A stretch of DNA of 32,000 nt. It comes from Thermodesulfobacteriota bacterium. GTDB lineage: Bacteria > Desulfobacterota > UBA8473. This document shows, piece by piece, positions 10,044-18,224 of this stretch. The stretch spans positions 1 to 32,000 of the forward strand of contig JAXHVA010000003.1 in the NCBI GenBank assembly GCA_034189035.1, written 5' to 3'. Below the pieces are notes generated by a model. That model was not told the DNA's origin. It worked only from the letters and a program-made list of their open reading frames with translations, and ran no database searches. The position numbers and the translations under genes are program-made. Numbering within the stretch: the stretch's first letter is position 1; every line of letters starts with the position of its first letter.

Positions 10044-10313
10044 AAAACAATTTAGCTTTTAAAAAGAGTCGCATCAACGACAGTCAAATTTTAATCCGAG
10101 TAAAACTCGTATCCAAGTGAGTGTAAAAGAAGAACAGTATATCGCCATTCAATTCAGTAGCGCTATTATTATACTATTTACTGATATAAAATGTGAGGTT
10201 ATCCCCTGTTCTTTCTTAACGCTCACTAAGAAACTCAGACAGCACACGCATTAAAATTTGACTGTCGTTGATCCTTGATAACAGTTTTCTATTTCATGGC
10301 TCAAAAATGATAC
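10044..10313 (+). repeat. Nested-hairpin repeat, subfamily 1, copy A (full length)
   Basis: The outer stem is a perfect 23 bp: atcaacgacagtcaaattttaat (10073-10095) pairs with attaaaatttgactgtcgttgat (10250-10272). The inner stem is agtgagtgtaaaagaagaacag (10116-10137) against ctgttctttcttaacgctcact (10206-10227). The element fills the fabZ-fabI gap. Confidence 0.85.
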
Positions 10314-10323
10314 AGGGAATCAT

Positions 10324-11124
10324 ATGGATTTTTTAGGCATTGGAGGAAAGACATTTCTTATTTTTGGAGTGGCCAATAAAAAGAGCGTTGCCTTCTTTGT
10401 TGGCCAGGTTCTTGAGGAGTCAGATGCAAACGTTGTATATGTGGTTCGGTCAAATGAGAGAAAAGAGAGTGTAAGCAGGATTCTCCCTGGTAAAGATATC
10501 TTCATATGCGATGTGGAAAGGCAAGAAGAGATCGAGAAACTCGGGCACGACATATCCCAAAAGTATAAAAAGCTTCATGGCATGGTTCACTCTATCGCTT
10601 TTGCCAATTATGAAGAAGGGATGAAACCATTTCACGAAACAAAAAAGAGGGACTTCCTCCAATCTGTTGATATATCCTGCTATTCACTGATAAATATCTC
10701 TAATCGTTTTAAAGACCTTCTCGATGAAAAGGCATCTGTAGTCACCATATCGATATCGACCACAAAGATGGCAGCAGAAGCCTATGGATATATGGCGCCT
10801 GTAAAGGCTGCTTTGGATTCGACCATATGTTTTCTGGCCAAGTCTTTCAGCTCGTTTTCACAGGTACGATTCAATTCTGTCAATGCAGGCTTATTAAAGA
10901 CCTCTGCATCTGCAGGGATTCCTGGGTATGTGGACTATTACCTCTTTGCAGAGCAGATGGTGCTGAGAAAGAAACCCCTGGCCACAAAGGAAGTGGCAAA
11001 CACCGTAGCATTTCTTTTGAGTGAGCGATCCAGCGGCATAAATGCCCAGGGTATCATCGTTGATTGCGGGATGGCAACAAACAGCTTTGACAGGGATATT
11101 ATTAACAGGGCGATGAGAGTCTGA
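10324..11124 (+). CDS. fabI: Enoyl-ACP reductase, FabI type
   Basis: 266 aa and collinear with FabI. The motifs are [20 protein letters not shown] and the Tyr...Lys pair in [11 protein letters not shown], and the C-terminus is GIIVDCGM. Confidence 0.8.
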   Translation: MDFLGIGGKTFLIFGVANKKSVAFFVGQVLEESDANVVYVVRSNERKESVSRILPGKDIFICDVERQEEIEKLGHDISQKYKKLHGMVHSIAFANYEEGMKPFHETKKRDFLQSVDISCYSLINISNRFKDLLDEKASVVTISISTTKMAAEAYGYMAPVKAALDSTICFLAKSFSSFSQVRFNSVNAGLLKTSASAGIPGYVDYYLFAEQMVLRKKPLATKEVANTVAFLLSERSSGINAQGIIVDCGMATNSFDRDIINRAMRV

Positions 11125-11157
11125 TTGGTGAATCAGATAGAGACAATGGAGAAATGA

Positions 11158-11580
11158 ATGCGGTTTCAAAGCAGCGTCGAGATCAATGCTCCTGTAGAAA
11201 AGGTCTGGGCATTGATAGATGACCTTGAACAGTGGCATCAGTGGATGCCTTCTATTCAAAAGATAGAAAGAGTATCTGAAGGTCCTCTGGATGTAGGCTC
11301 CAGACTCTCTGTTACTGCAAGGGTAAGCAGGCTCAAGGTAAGATTGCCTATGGAAATTACCGAGTTTGTCCCAAGACATTCCGTGGTAATGGAAGGAAAG
11401 GCACTGGGCACCCGTTTGGTTCGTTTCTATCGTTTTCATCCTTTAAATGGCAGGACAAGGGTTACCATAGGCGGTGAGGTCTTTGGGCTTCTGGCATGGC
11501 TGGCACATCGGGGTGGACAGAATGTATCGGATGAGATTGCAAAGGCAGCAAAAGAAAGGATCGAGTCATTAGAAAAGTGA
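11158..11580 (+). CDS. SRPBCC (polyketide cyclase/dehydrase-like, START/Bet v1 fold) protein
   Basis: 140 aa. The N-terminal SVEINAPVEKVWALIDDLEQWHQWMP is the typical opening of SRPBCC/PF10604-type proteins. Confidence 0.65.
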   Translation: MRFQSSVEINAPVEKVWALIDDLEQWHQWMPSIQKIERVSEGPLDVGSRLSVTARVSRLKVRLPMEITEFVPRHSVVMEGKALGTRLVRFYRFHPLNGRTRVTIGGEVFGLLAWLAHRGGQNVSDEIAKAAKERIESLEK

Positions 11581-12941
11581 AAAGGCAGAGCAGGTCAATC
11601 CCTTTGAATTGTGTGGATAAGTGTTTACTCGCCCTTGATGGGATAAAAGAGACTATGCTTATCCATGTGATCTTGAATCTGGAGGGGAAGATCAACCCGC
11701 CAAGGTTAAATCAGGCAGTACAGTCCGCACAAAGAGCCTTTCCCATTATGAGAACGATCCTGAAAGGGAGGTATTTCAGGATCTCTCGAGAGGTGCAGGA
11801 GGATGTGAAAGAAGAAGTCCTGACTGTTCAGGACTTTTCTGAAACCGGATATGCCAACTATGAAAGATGCCTCTTTGATTGGATGAACCAACCTCTGGAT
11901 ATATGGGAAAGGTTTCCGGTGAGAGTCCTGCTCGCAGCAAAAAACGACCTCGATTCTTCTTTGATCTTCACCTTTCATCATAGTGCAACGGACGGACTTC
12001 GTTCCCTGATATTCGTAAGGAGAGTAATCGAATCCTATAACGACGATGTTGCTTGCGATTCTCAAATCCAACAGGATATCCGTATCTCCCGAAAAGGGGA
12101 TGAATTGCTGGAATTTGCACACAGCCAGAGAAAGCGGGTAGATCGCTATTATCGAAAGATGATATCCAGCCTTTTTCGCCGATTTTTTATTGACGCTTTT
12201 CCTTTTCCAACAAGGGTATTCCATGACAGATCGGAGCGTTCCAAGGAACTCAACATCTGTTTTAATACAATAAGTTCAGAACAAAGAGAAGAGATCGAAT
12301 CCAGATCTATAGAAAGCGGTGTTGAGCTTAACGATATCCTTTTGGCAGCGTGTTATCGGGTTGTAGAAGAGTGGAATACAATGCATGGAAAGAACAGTAA
12401 TAAGATACGCATAATGGCGCCCGTGAATATCTGCCCGAAAGGATTCAGGAATGTTGTTTCGAATTTCGTGTCCTGGGTTTCCCCTTTCACCACGAAAGAA
12501 GATCGGACGGATCCGGTACGGTTGTTGAAAAAGGTGAGAAGCGACACGATTTGTGCTGCCAGAGATAGGATTGCTTTTTCCTTGATCTATTTTTTTTACG
12601 TTTGTTCCTTTTTTCCCCTGGTAGTTATGCGGGGGATGTGCAGGTATCTTATGATCTCCAGGACACATGTAGATAGCATTCTGGTTACAAATCCGGGTGT
12701 AATTTGGCCTCAAATCGGTGCTGAAGAACCGGCAGTGAGAAATATAGGCAGTTCAAAGATTATCAATGTTACCGGCTCAGCACCTGTAGTGACACCAATG
12801 GGACTCAGTATATGTGCAGGTGTATACAATAAAAACCTGAATTTCTCTCTTACGTATAGACCCGCGCTATTTTCTAAAGACAAGGCGCAGATGTTTTTGG
12901 ATATGTATGTACAAGAGATAAAAGACTATCCGGTCCGTTAG
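11577..12941 (+). CDS. Condensation-fold acyltransferase (HHxxxDG; NRPS C-domain / PapA5 / WS-DGAT-like superfamily)
   Basis: 454 aa. The catalytic motif sits in FTFHHSATDGLRSLIF at about residue 135, the usual position. The GTG start overlaps the upstream stop (GTGA). Confidence 0.65.
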   Translation: MKRQSRSIPLNCVDKCLLALDGIKETMLIHVILNLEGKINPPRLNQAVQSAQRAFPIMRTILKGRYFRISREVQEDVKEEVLTVQDFSETGYANYERCLFDWMNQPLDIWERFPVRVLLAAKNDLDSSLIFTFHHSATDGLRSLIFVRRVIESYNDDVACDSQIQQDIRISRKGDELLEFAHSQRKRVDRYYRKMISSLFRRFFIDAFPFPTRVFHDRSERSKELNICFNTISSEQREEIESRSIESGVELNDILLAACYRVVEEWNTMHGKNSNKIRIMAPVNICPKGFRNVVSNFVSWVSPFTTKEDRTDPVRLLKKVRSDTICAARDRIAFSLIYFFYVCSFFPLVVMRGMCRYLMISRTHVDSILVTNPGVIWPQIGAEEPAVRNIGSSKIINVTGSAPVVTPMGLSICAGVYNKNLNFSLTYRPALFSKDKAQMFLDMYVQEIKDYPVR

Positions 12942-12949
12942 GAGGGAGC

Positions 12950-14266
12950 ATGACAGTATCGCTTTTGAAGTTCGATGGTTTCCTCGATTCACTCCGTAAG
13001 GCTATCGAGATGTGTGGTGGTTTTGATCGACTCAAAAGTGATGACAGGGTACTTATAAAACCGAATAATTGCTTCCGGCACAGGATAACACCTCCGTTTG
13101 GAATGGTAACCACCTCAAAGATCATAGATGGAATTATACGGTTATTGCTCGAATATGGCTGTAAGGATATCTCGATTGGCGAAGGGGCAATAATCGATCT
13201 GTTTGACGATCTGAAACCGTATACAAAAAAAGGGTTCAAGGGGACAGGTATTGACAAGGTAGCAAAAAAGCACAATATAAAATTGATTGATTTTAATGAA
13301 GGTCCTTTTGTAGATATGGACTTGGAAGGTGAAAAGGTTCAGGTGTCCAAAGCTGCCTTGGATGCAGGATTTCTCATTAATGTCCCGGTACTGAAGACTC
13401 ACTTCCAGACCCGGATCTCTATGGGATTTAAGAACCTTAAAGGGTGCCTGAGTAAGACCTCAAAAAAAAAGTTTCATAATACGAACAAGCTGGATCTTCT
13501 TATCTGCCTTTTAAATGAATCCATAAAGAGCGATTTGGTTATAATCGATGGGATATATATGTTGGAAAAAGGGCCGGAAACCCTTGTTGGCAAAGCGCAC
13601 CGTAAAGATATAGTCATAGCAGGCACAGATGTGTTCAGCTGTGATACTGTTGGGGCAAGAGTCCTTGGAATCGATCCATCCCAGGTCGGTTATCTGAGAG
13701 AATTCGCAAAGCGGAACAACCGCTCTTTTGACATGAGTAGTATTGCAATCAAGGGAGAAGATATAGGGACCTGTGAGGAGAGTCTTAAGTGGCAGTTTGA
13801 ACCGGACAAGGAACTATTGGGGCCGGCGAATATCAGTGGGCTGAAATCTCCTGCTCCGGGGCAAACACTTTGCTGCGGTTGTGCGGCAACACTCGCCTTG
13901 GCACTGTCCATATTCGGCAAAGATAATCCCAATATGGATTTTGGTGATGCAAGGCTCTACTATGGCAAGGAATTGAAGGCACAAAACGATGCGAAAAACG
14001 TGTTTCTCTATGGTAATTGCGGAATCAAAACCAACAAGAGCTTAGAAAATGCCGTAAGAATAGAGGGATGCCCACCCACATTGACAGCTACGCTTATTGT
14101 CTTGATGAGAGAACTCCTCAGTAAGCCAAGAGCACTGAAGATGTTGTTGATCCGGGCTGTAAAGTTAGTGGGAATACGACTCGGCATATACAGTGAGACC
14201 TTTCCCGGCTGGGATAGATACAAAGTAAAGGAGTTCGATAAGGCGCACTTCTGGCTTAAAAATTAG
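12950..14266 (+). CDS. DUF362-domain protein with a Cys-rich C-terminal half
   Basis: 438 aa with GGAGGG upstream. The DUF362-type opening is LRKAIEMCGGFDRLKSDDRVLIKPN...TTSKIIDGIIRLLLEYGCKDISIGEG. The C-terminal cysteines are in LCCGCAAT, YGNCGIK and EGCPPT. Confidence 0.55.
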   Translation: MTVSLLKFDGFLDSLRKAIEMCGGFDRLKSDDRVLIKPNNCFRHRITPPFGMVTTSKIIDGIIRLLLEYGCKDISIGEGAIIDLFDDLKPYTKKGFKGTGIDKVAKKHNIKLIDFNEGPFVDMDLEGEKVQVSKAALDAGFLINVPVLKTHFQTRISMGFKNLKGCLSKTSKKKFHNTNKLDLLICLLNESIKSDLVIIDGIYMLEKGPETLVGKAHRKDIVIAGTDVFSCDTVGARVLGIDPSQVGYLREFAKRNNRSFDMSSIAIKGEDIGTCEESLKWQFEPDKELLGPANISGLKSPAPGQTLCCGCAATLALALSIFGKDNPNMDFGDARLYYGKELKAQNDAKNVFLYGNCGIKTNKSLENAVRIEGCPPTLTATLIVLMRELLSKPRALKMLLIRAVKLVGIRLGIYSETFPGWDRYKVKEFDKAHFWLKN

Positions 14267-14290
14267 CAGAAAAGTGACAACAGGTTCATC

Positions 14291-14310
14291 AGGGGTGTCC
14301 CCTATGTTTA
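14291..14310 (+). terminator. Weak candidate terminator hairpin after the lipid cluster
   Basis: aggggtgtcccct forms a 5-bp GC stem with a 3-nt loop and is followed by atgtttat. The stem is short and the T tract is interrupted. Confidence 0.2.
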
Positions 14311-14333
14311 TCTAAAACAAAAGACCAAGGGGT

Positions 14334-14723
14334 ATGTACATGTCACCAAAGAATACGCGGGAAGATACCAACAGGTATGATCGGATGTTTGCTGAGATTC
14401 AGCGCGACCGAGAGCAGAGAGAGAAGACATATAGGGAGCAAGCGCTTAAGATTTTTCCGTGGATCTGTGCGCGATGCGGGCGCGAATTTAAAGGAAAGAG
14501 ACTCCGGGAGCTTACTGTCCATCATAAGGATCATGACCACAATAACAATCCATCTGACGGGAGTAACTGGGAGTTGTTATGCCTGTATTGTCACGACGAA
14601 GAACATGGGTTTTATGAAGACGGAGAACCCTATGATGCACCGGAACCAGAAAGCGACCAGCAACCGTCTTCTACATACCGGCCGTTTGCCGGTCTCGATG
14701 CCTTGCTCAAAAAAAAGAAGTAG
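14334..14723 (+). CDS. yajD: HNH endonuclease YajD
   Basis: REQALKIFPWICARCGREF...LRELTVHHKDHDHNNNPSDGSNWELLCLYCHDEEH and the C-terminal YRPFAGLDALLKKKK are near-collinear with E. coli YajD as recalled from memory. The start may be ATG 14340, which has better spacing to AAGGGG. Confidence 0.9.
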   Translation: MYMSPKNTREDTNRYDRMFAEIQRDREQREKTYREQALKIFPWICARCGREFKGKRLRELTVHHKDHDHNNNPSDGSNWELLCLYCHDEEHGFYEDGEPYDAPEPESDQQPSSTYRPFAGLDALLKKKK

Positions 14724-14754
14724 TTGATCAATTTTTAACAGGTTGTTTTTCAAG

Positions 14755-15026
14755 GTAAGAGTGTAGCTTTACGAAAAAAAAGGATGACAGCAAGCAATAA
14801 GTGGTGGTCAAATTTTAATGCGTGTAGTTGTTTGAGTATCTTGGTGAGCGTTAAGAAAGGACAGGGGATAACCTTAGCTTTAATATCTGAAATAGTTAAT
14901 AATGGAATTATTGAATTGAATAGTCATATACTGTTCTTTCTTTACACTCATTTGGATACGAGTTTTACACGGATCAAAATTTGATCACCACTCATTGCAG
15001 CTCTTTTCAAAAAGCTAAACTTTTTC
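14755..15026 (-). repeat. Nested-hairpin repeat, subfamily 1, copy B (full length, inverted orientation)
   Basis: The reverse complement aligns end to end with copies A and C. The ends are gtaagagtgtagc (14755-14767) and gctaaactttttc (15014-15026). The outer stem is agtggtggtcaaattttaat paired with atcaaaatttgatcaccact. The inner stem is ggtgagcgttaagaaaggacag paired with ctgttctttctttacactcatt. Confidence 0.85.
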
Positions 15027-15104
15027 TTTGGAAAACGGCCTGTTAAGATGGGGTAAAACGAAGAGCAACTAAAAAAACTTACACACATACAAAAGGATAA
15101 TGAA

Positions 15105-16082
15105 ATGTTCAATGCAATAACAGATGTAAAGGGTATCAAGGTAGGACACGCGAGTAACTTCAAAGGCTATACAGGGTGTACGGTCATCCTCTGTGAAGAT
15201 GGGGCAACAGGCGGGATCGATGTGAGAGGTTCGGCAGCAGGAACACGCCAGACAGATTCCCTCCAGTCGCAGCATCTGGTTGAAGAGGTTCATGCTGTAG
15301 TCATTTCAGGGGGAAGCGCATTTGGCCTCAATGCCGCAGGCGGTGTGCTCGATTATTTAGAGGAGAGAGGAAAGGGGTTTCAAACTTCTGCTACAAGAGT
15401 TCCAATAGTCCCTACTGCGATAATCTATGATCTCTCATTTGGAGATTATAGAGTACGACCTACCCCTGATATGGCCTATAATGCATGTAAGGATGCATCT
15501 GCCGGGAAAGTCGAGGAAGGGAGTGTCGGAGTCGGAACAGGGGCTACTATCGGCAAGATGTATGGTATGGAGCAGGCAATGAAAGGCGGGTTTGGAACAG
15601 CATCCAGGAAGCTTTCTAATGGTCTAATTGTCGGGGCTGCTGTTGCAGTAAATGCCTTTGGTGATGTTGTAAACAATGAGGATGGTACTATCATTGCCGG
15701 AGCCAGGGATTCTGAAAAGGGATATGGGTTTGTAAATTCTTTTGAACATATAAAGAAGGGGATAGAAAGCAAAGAGGAATTCTTTCAGGATACAACCCTT
15801 GGAGTTGTGGCGACAAATGCAAAGTTAACAAAGAGACAGGCAATCAAGATTGCGCAAATGGCACATACCGGATTTGCAAAGGCAATATCTCCCATACATC
15901 TGACATCTGATGGGGATCTGGTCATTGCGCTTTCTACGCGTAAAATCGATGCGGATTTAAATATAGTGGGTCTTCTGGCTGAGGAGGCTATCATAGAAGC
16001 TGTGAAAAGTGCGATTACGGCTGCGGATGGTTTTGGAATCATACCGGCGTATAAGGATATACCGAAAAAACAGAGTATATAA
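15105..16082 (+). CDS. Peptidase family S58 / DmpA-type (P1 aminopeptidase) protein
   Basis: 325 aa. ITDVKGIKVGHASN...TGCTVILCEDGATGGIDVRGSAAGTRQTD and GVVATNAKLTK...GDLVIALST are characteristic of this family. Confidence 0.8.
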   Translation: MFNAITDVKGIKVGHASNFKGYTGCTVILCEDGATGGIDVRGSAAGTRQTDSLQSQHLVEEVHAVVISGGSAFGLNAAGGVLDYLEERGKGFQTSATRVPIVPTAIIYDLSFGDYRVRPTPDMAYNACKDASAGKVEEGSVGVGTGATIGKMYGMEQAMKGGFGTASRKLSNGLIVGAAVAVNAFGDVVNNEDGTIIAGARDSEKGYGFVNSFEHIKKGIESKEEFFQDTTLGVVATNAKLTKRQAIKIAQMAHTGFAKAISPIHLTSDGDLVIALSTRKIDADLNIVGLLAEEAIIEAVKSAITAADGFGIIPAYKDIPKKQSI

Positions 16083-16088
16083 AAGAAG

Positions 16089-17075
16089 ATGGAACCAGTA
16101 AATCGAGGCGAAGAGGTTCTTATACTCCTCAAAGATACAGACGGATTCATCTCAGGAGAAAAGATCGCTTCTGAATTAAAGATCTCAAGGACAGCAGTCT
16201 GGAAACAGATATCGAGGTTGAGAAAGGAGGGATTTCAGATCGAGGCGCATCCCAGGTTGGGTTATTCTCTGGTATTCTCTCCTGACCGTCTTTTGCCTTC
16301 AGAGATCAGAAACGGGATCAAGGCATCCCTGATCGGTAGCGAGATATCCTATTACGAGAAGATTGAATCAACAAACGCAATCGCCAAGAACCTGGCAATG
16401 AATGGAGCAGAAGAGGGCACCCTTGTTATTGCTGAAGAGCAGACAAAGGGACGGGGCAGGCTCAACAGGGATTGGTTATCCCCTGCCTATAGCAATATCT
16501 TGATGTCGCTTATCTTTCGTCCGAACCTTCAGGCTGCAAAGGCATTCTCCATGATAATGCTTACCTCTGTTGCAATTGTAAGGGCAATACAGGGTACGAC
16601 CTCATTAGTCGCCCAGATCAAGTGGCCCAATGATATATACTTACATAACAAGAAACTCGGGGGAATCCTCACAGAGTTCAATGCAGAGCAAGACCGGGTC
16701 AATTTTATTGTAGTAGGAGTGGGTTTGAACGTCAATTTCGATCCATGCCTTTACCCGGAGATCAAAGATACTGCCACGAGCCTAAAGAAAGTCCTTGGAA
16801 AAGAGGTGAAAAGGGCGGTCTTACTCCGGTCGATCCTAGAAGAGATCGAAAGAGGTTACAGTGCCTTTAACAAAGGCTGTATCTCTCAGATCCGCTGTGA
16901 ATGGGACAACCACTCCTTGGTAACAGGAAAGCATGTAAGGATCCATTCCCTTGACAACGTAGAAGAGGGGGTTGCCGAGTCAATAGACGATGATGGCTAC
17001 CTGATTCTCCGGGATATCAATGGAAATACAAAGAGGATTCTCAGTGGTGATGTGTCCTTACGGGTGAGGGAGTAA
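16089..17075 (+). CDS. birA: Bifunctional biotin-[acetyl-CoA-carboxylase] ligase / biotin operon repressor
   Basis: 328 aa. An N-terminal winged-HTH (ISGEKIASELKISRTAVWKQISRLRKEG) is followed by the ligase core with QTKGRGRLNRDW (GRGRxxRxW) and KWPNDI. Confidence 0.9.
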   Translation: MEPVNRGEEVLILLKDTDGFISGEKIASELKISRTAVWKQISRLRKEGFQIEAHPRLGYSLVFSPDRLLPSEIRNGIKASLIGSEISYYEKIESTNAIAKNLAMNGAEEGTLVIAEEQTKGRGRLNRDWLSPAYSNILMSLIFRPNLQAAKAFSMIMLTSVAIVRAIQGTTSLVAQIKWPNDIYLHNKKLGGILTEFNAEQDRVNFIVVGVGLNVNFDPCLYPEIKDTATSLKKVLGKEVKRAVLLRSILEEIERGYSAFNKGCISQIRCEWDNHSLVTGKHVRIHSLDNVEEGVAESIDDDGYLILRDINGNTKRILSGDVSLRVRE

Positions 17076-17089
17076 TTTTTTTTGCGCAA

Positions 17090-17123
17090 ATTGTCAACCA
17101 TTAATTTGATAATGGTTGACAAT
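17090..17123. promoter_or_regulatory. BirA operator (bioO)
   Basis: A perfect 14-bp inverted repeat: attgtcaaccatta (17090-17103), spacer atttga, then taatggttgacaat (17110-17123). The half-sites TTGTCAACC / GGTTGACAA resemble the known TGTnAACC-N-GGTTnACA BirA box. It lies between birA and bioB. Confidence 0.8.
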
Positions 17124-17144
17124 TATTGCTAAAAGTCCTATATT
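17116..17144 (+). promoter_or_regulatory. bio operon promoter overlapping the operator
   Basis: -35 TTGACA (17116-17121, inside the right operator half-site), a 17-nt spacer, then -10 TATATT (17139-17144). It lies 55 nt upstream of the bioB ATG. Confidence 0.55.
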
Positions 17145-17199
17145 AAAAAGCTATTGATCTGAATATGTCGTTTTCCAAGGTCTTTATACAAAGGAGCAT

Positions 17200-18186
17200 A
17201 TGAAGGTGTTTGATTTTCTTAGAGGATTGACGGATAAGGTGCTAAAAGACAAGGATATCACCTATGGTGAGGCATATCGGCTTTTCGATATTACAAAACA
17301 GGAAGACATTGTAACCCTGATCGGGTTTGCGAATAGTATTCGACAGGAATTCAAAGGCTCCGTTATCAACCTCTGTGCAATCATAAACGCAAAATCGGGT
17401 AAATGCAGCGAGGACTGCTCTTTTTGCTCCCAATCCGCACATTACAAAACGCAGATCGAAACATACCCCTTACTGAACAGGGAAGATATCATAAAGGGCG
17501 CAAAAGAGGCATTATCTATGGGGGCAAAGAGGTTCAGTATCGTAATCAGCGGAGAGAGTATAAAAAATCATGATGAGTTACAGTCTGTTTGTGAAGCGAT
17601 TACATACATGTCGTTGAATACACAGATAGGCAGATGTGCCTCATTGGGAATCTTAACAAAAGATATGGCAGGGGAATTAAAGAAAGCCGGGTTACAGCGC
17701 TACCATCACAACCTGGAGACCGCAAGGAGTTTCTTTTCGAATATATGTACCACCCATTCTTACAATGACAGGGTAGATACTGTCCGGATTGCAAAGCAGG
17801 AGGGGTTTCAGGTATGCAGTGGTGGCATATTTGGCCTTGGGGAGACGTCAAAGCAGCGTCTGGAGTTGGCCTTTGAGTTAAGGGAACTCGCAGTGGATTC
17901 CATCCCACTCAATTTCCTCAACCCAATACCTAACACCCCTTTGGAGAATGCCGCGCCGATTCCCCCAATGGAGATATTAAAGACCATAGCCATGTTTCGC
18001 TTTGTTCATCCAAAGAGAGATATACGGATTTGCGGGGGCAGGGAGAGGAATCTGAGAGATGTCCAGTCCCTTGTCTATTTTGCCGGAGCCAATGGTGTGA
18101 TGATAGGCAATTATCTTACGACAACAGGCAGTGATGCGAAAAGGGATCTCCAATTGATAGAAGACCTGATGTTAAACTGGAGATGA
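17200..18186 (+). CDS. bioB: Biotin synthase (radical SAM)
   Basis: 328 aa with AAGGAG upstream. The radical-SAM motif is CSEDCSFCSQS (CxxxCxxC), and the region is collinear with BioB (YHHNLET, GGIFGLGE). Confidence 0.9.
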   Translation: MKVFDFLRGLTDKVLKDKDITYGEAYRLFDITKQEDIVTLIGFANSIRQEFKGSVINLCAIINAKSGKCSEDCSFCSQSAHYKTQIETYPLLNREDIIKGAKEALSMGAKRFSIVISGESIKNHDELQSVCEAITYMSLNTQIGRCASLGILTKDMAGELKKAGLQRYHHNLETARSFFSNICTTHSYNDRVDTVRIAKQEGFQVCSGGIFGLGETSKQRLELAFELRELAVDSIPLNFLNPIPNTPLENAAPIPPMEILKTIAMFRFVHPKRDIRICGGRERNLRDVQSLVYFAGANGVMIGNYLTTTGSDAKRDLQLIEDLMLNWR

Positions 18187-18224
18187 ATTGATAGAACCCA
18201 TTTTTGAATAAGCGGAGGCAATCA

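Noticed and set aside
14377-14727. 116-aa alternative-frame ORF overlapping yajD, and the 63-aa ORF 31344-31535 inside the acyl-CoA synthetase gene
   Set aside because: In both cases the overlapping frame carries a clearly recognisable conserved protein (YajD or the ACS family). The alternative frames have no motifs.
14784-14984. 66-aa + strand ORF (MTASNKWWSNFNACSCLSILVSVKKGQG...)
   Set aside because: It lies entirely inside repeat copy B, and the equivalent stretch is not open in the other copies or orientations. It is an accidental ORF of the repeat.
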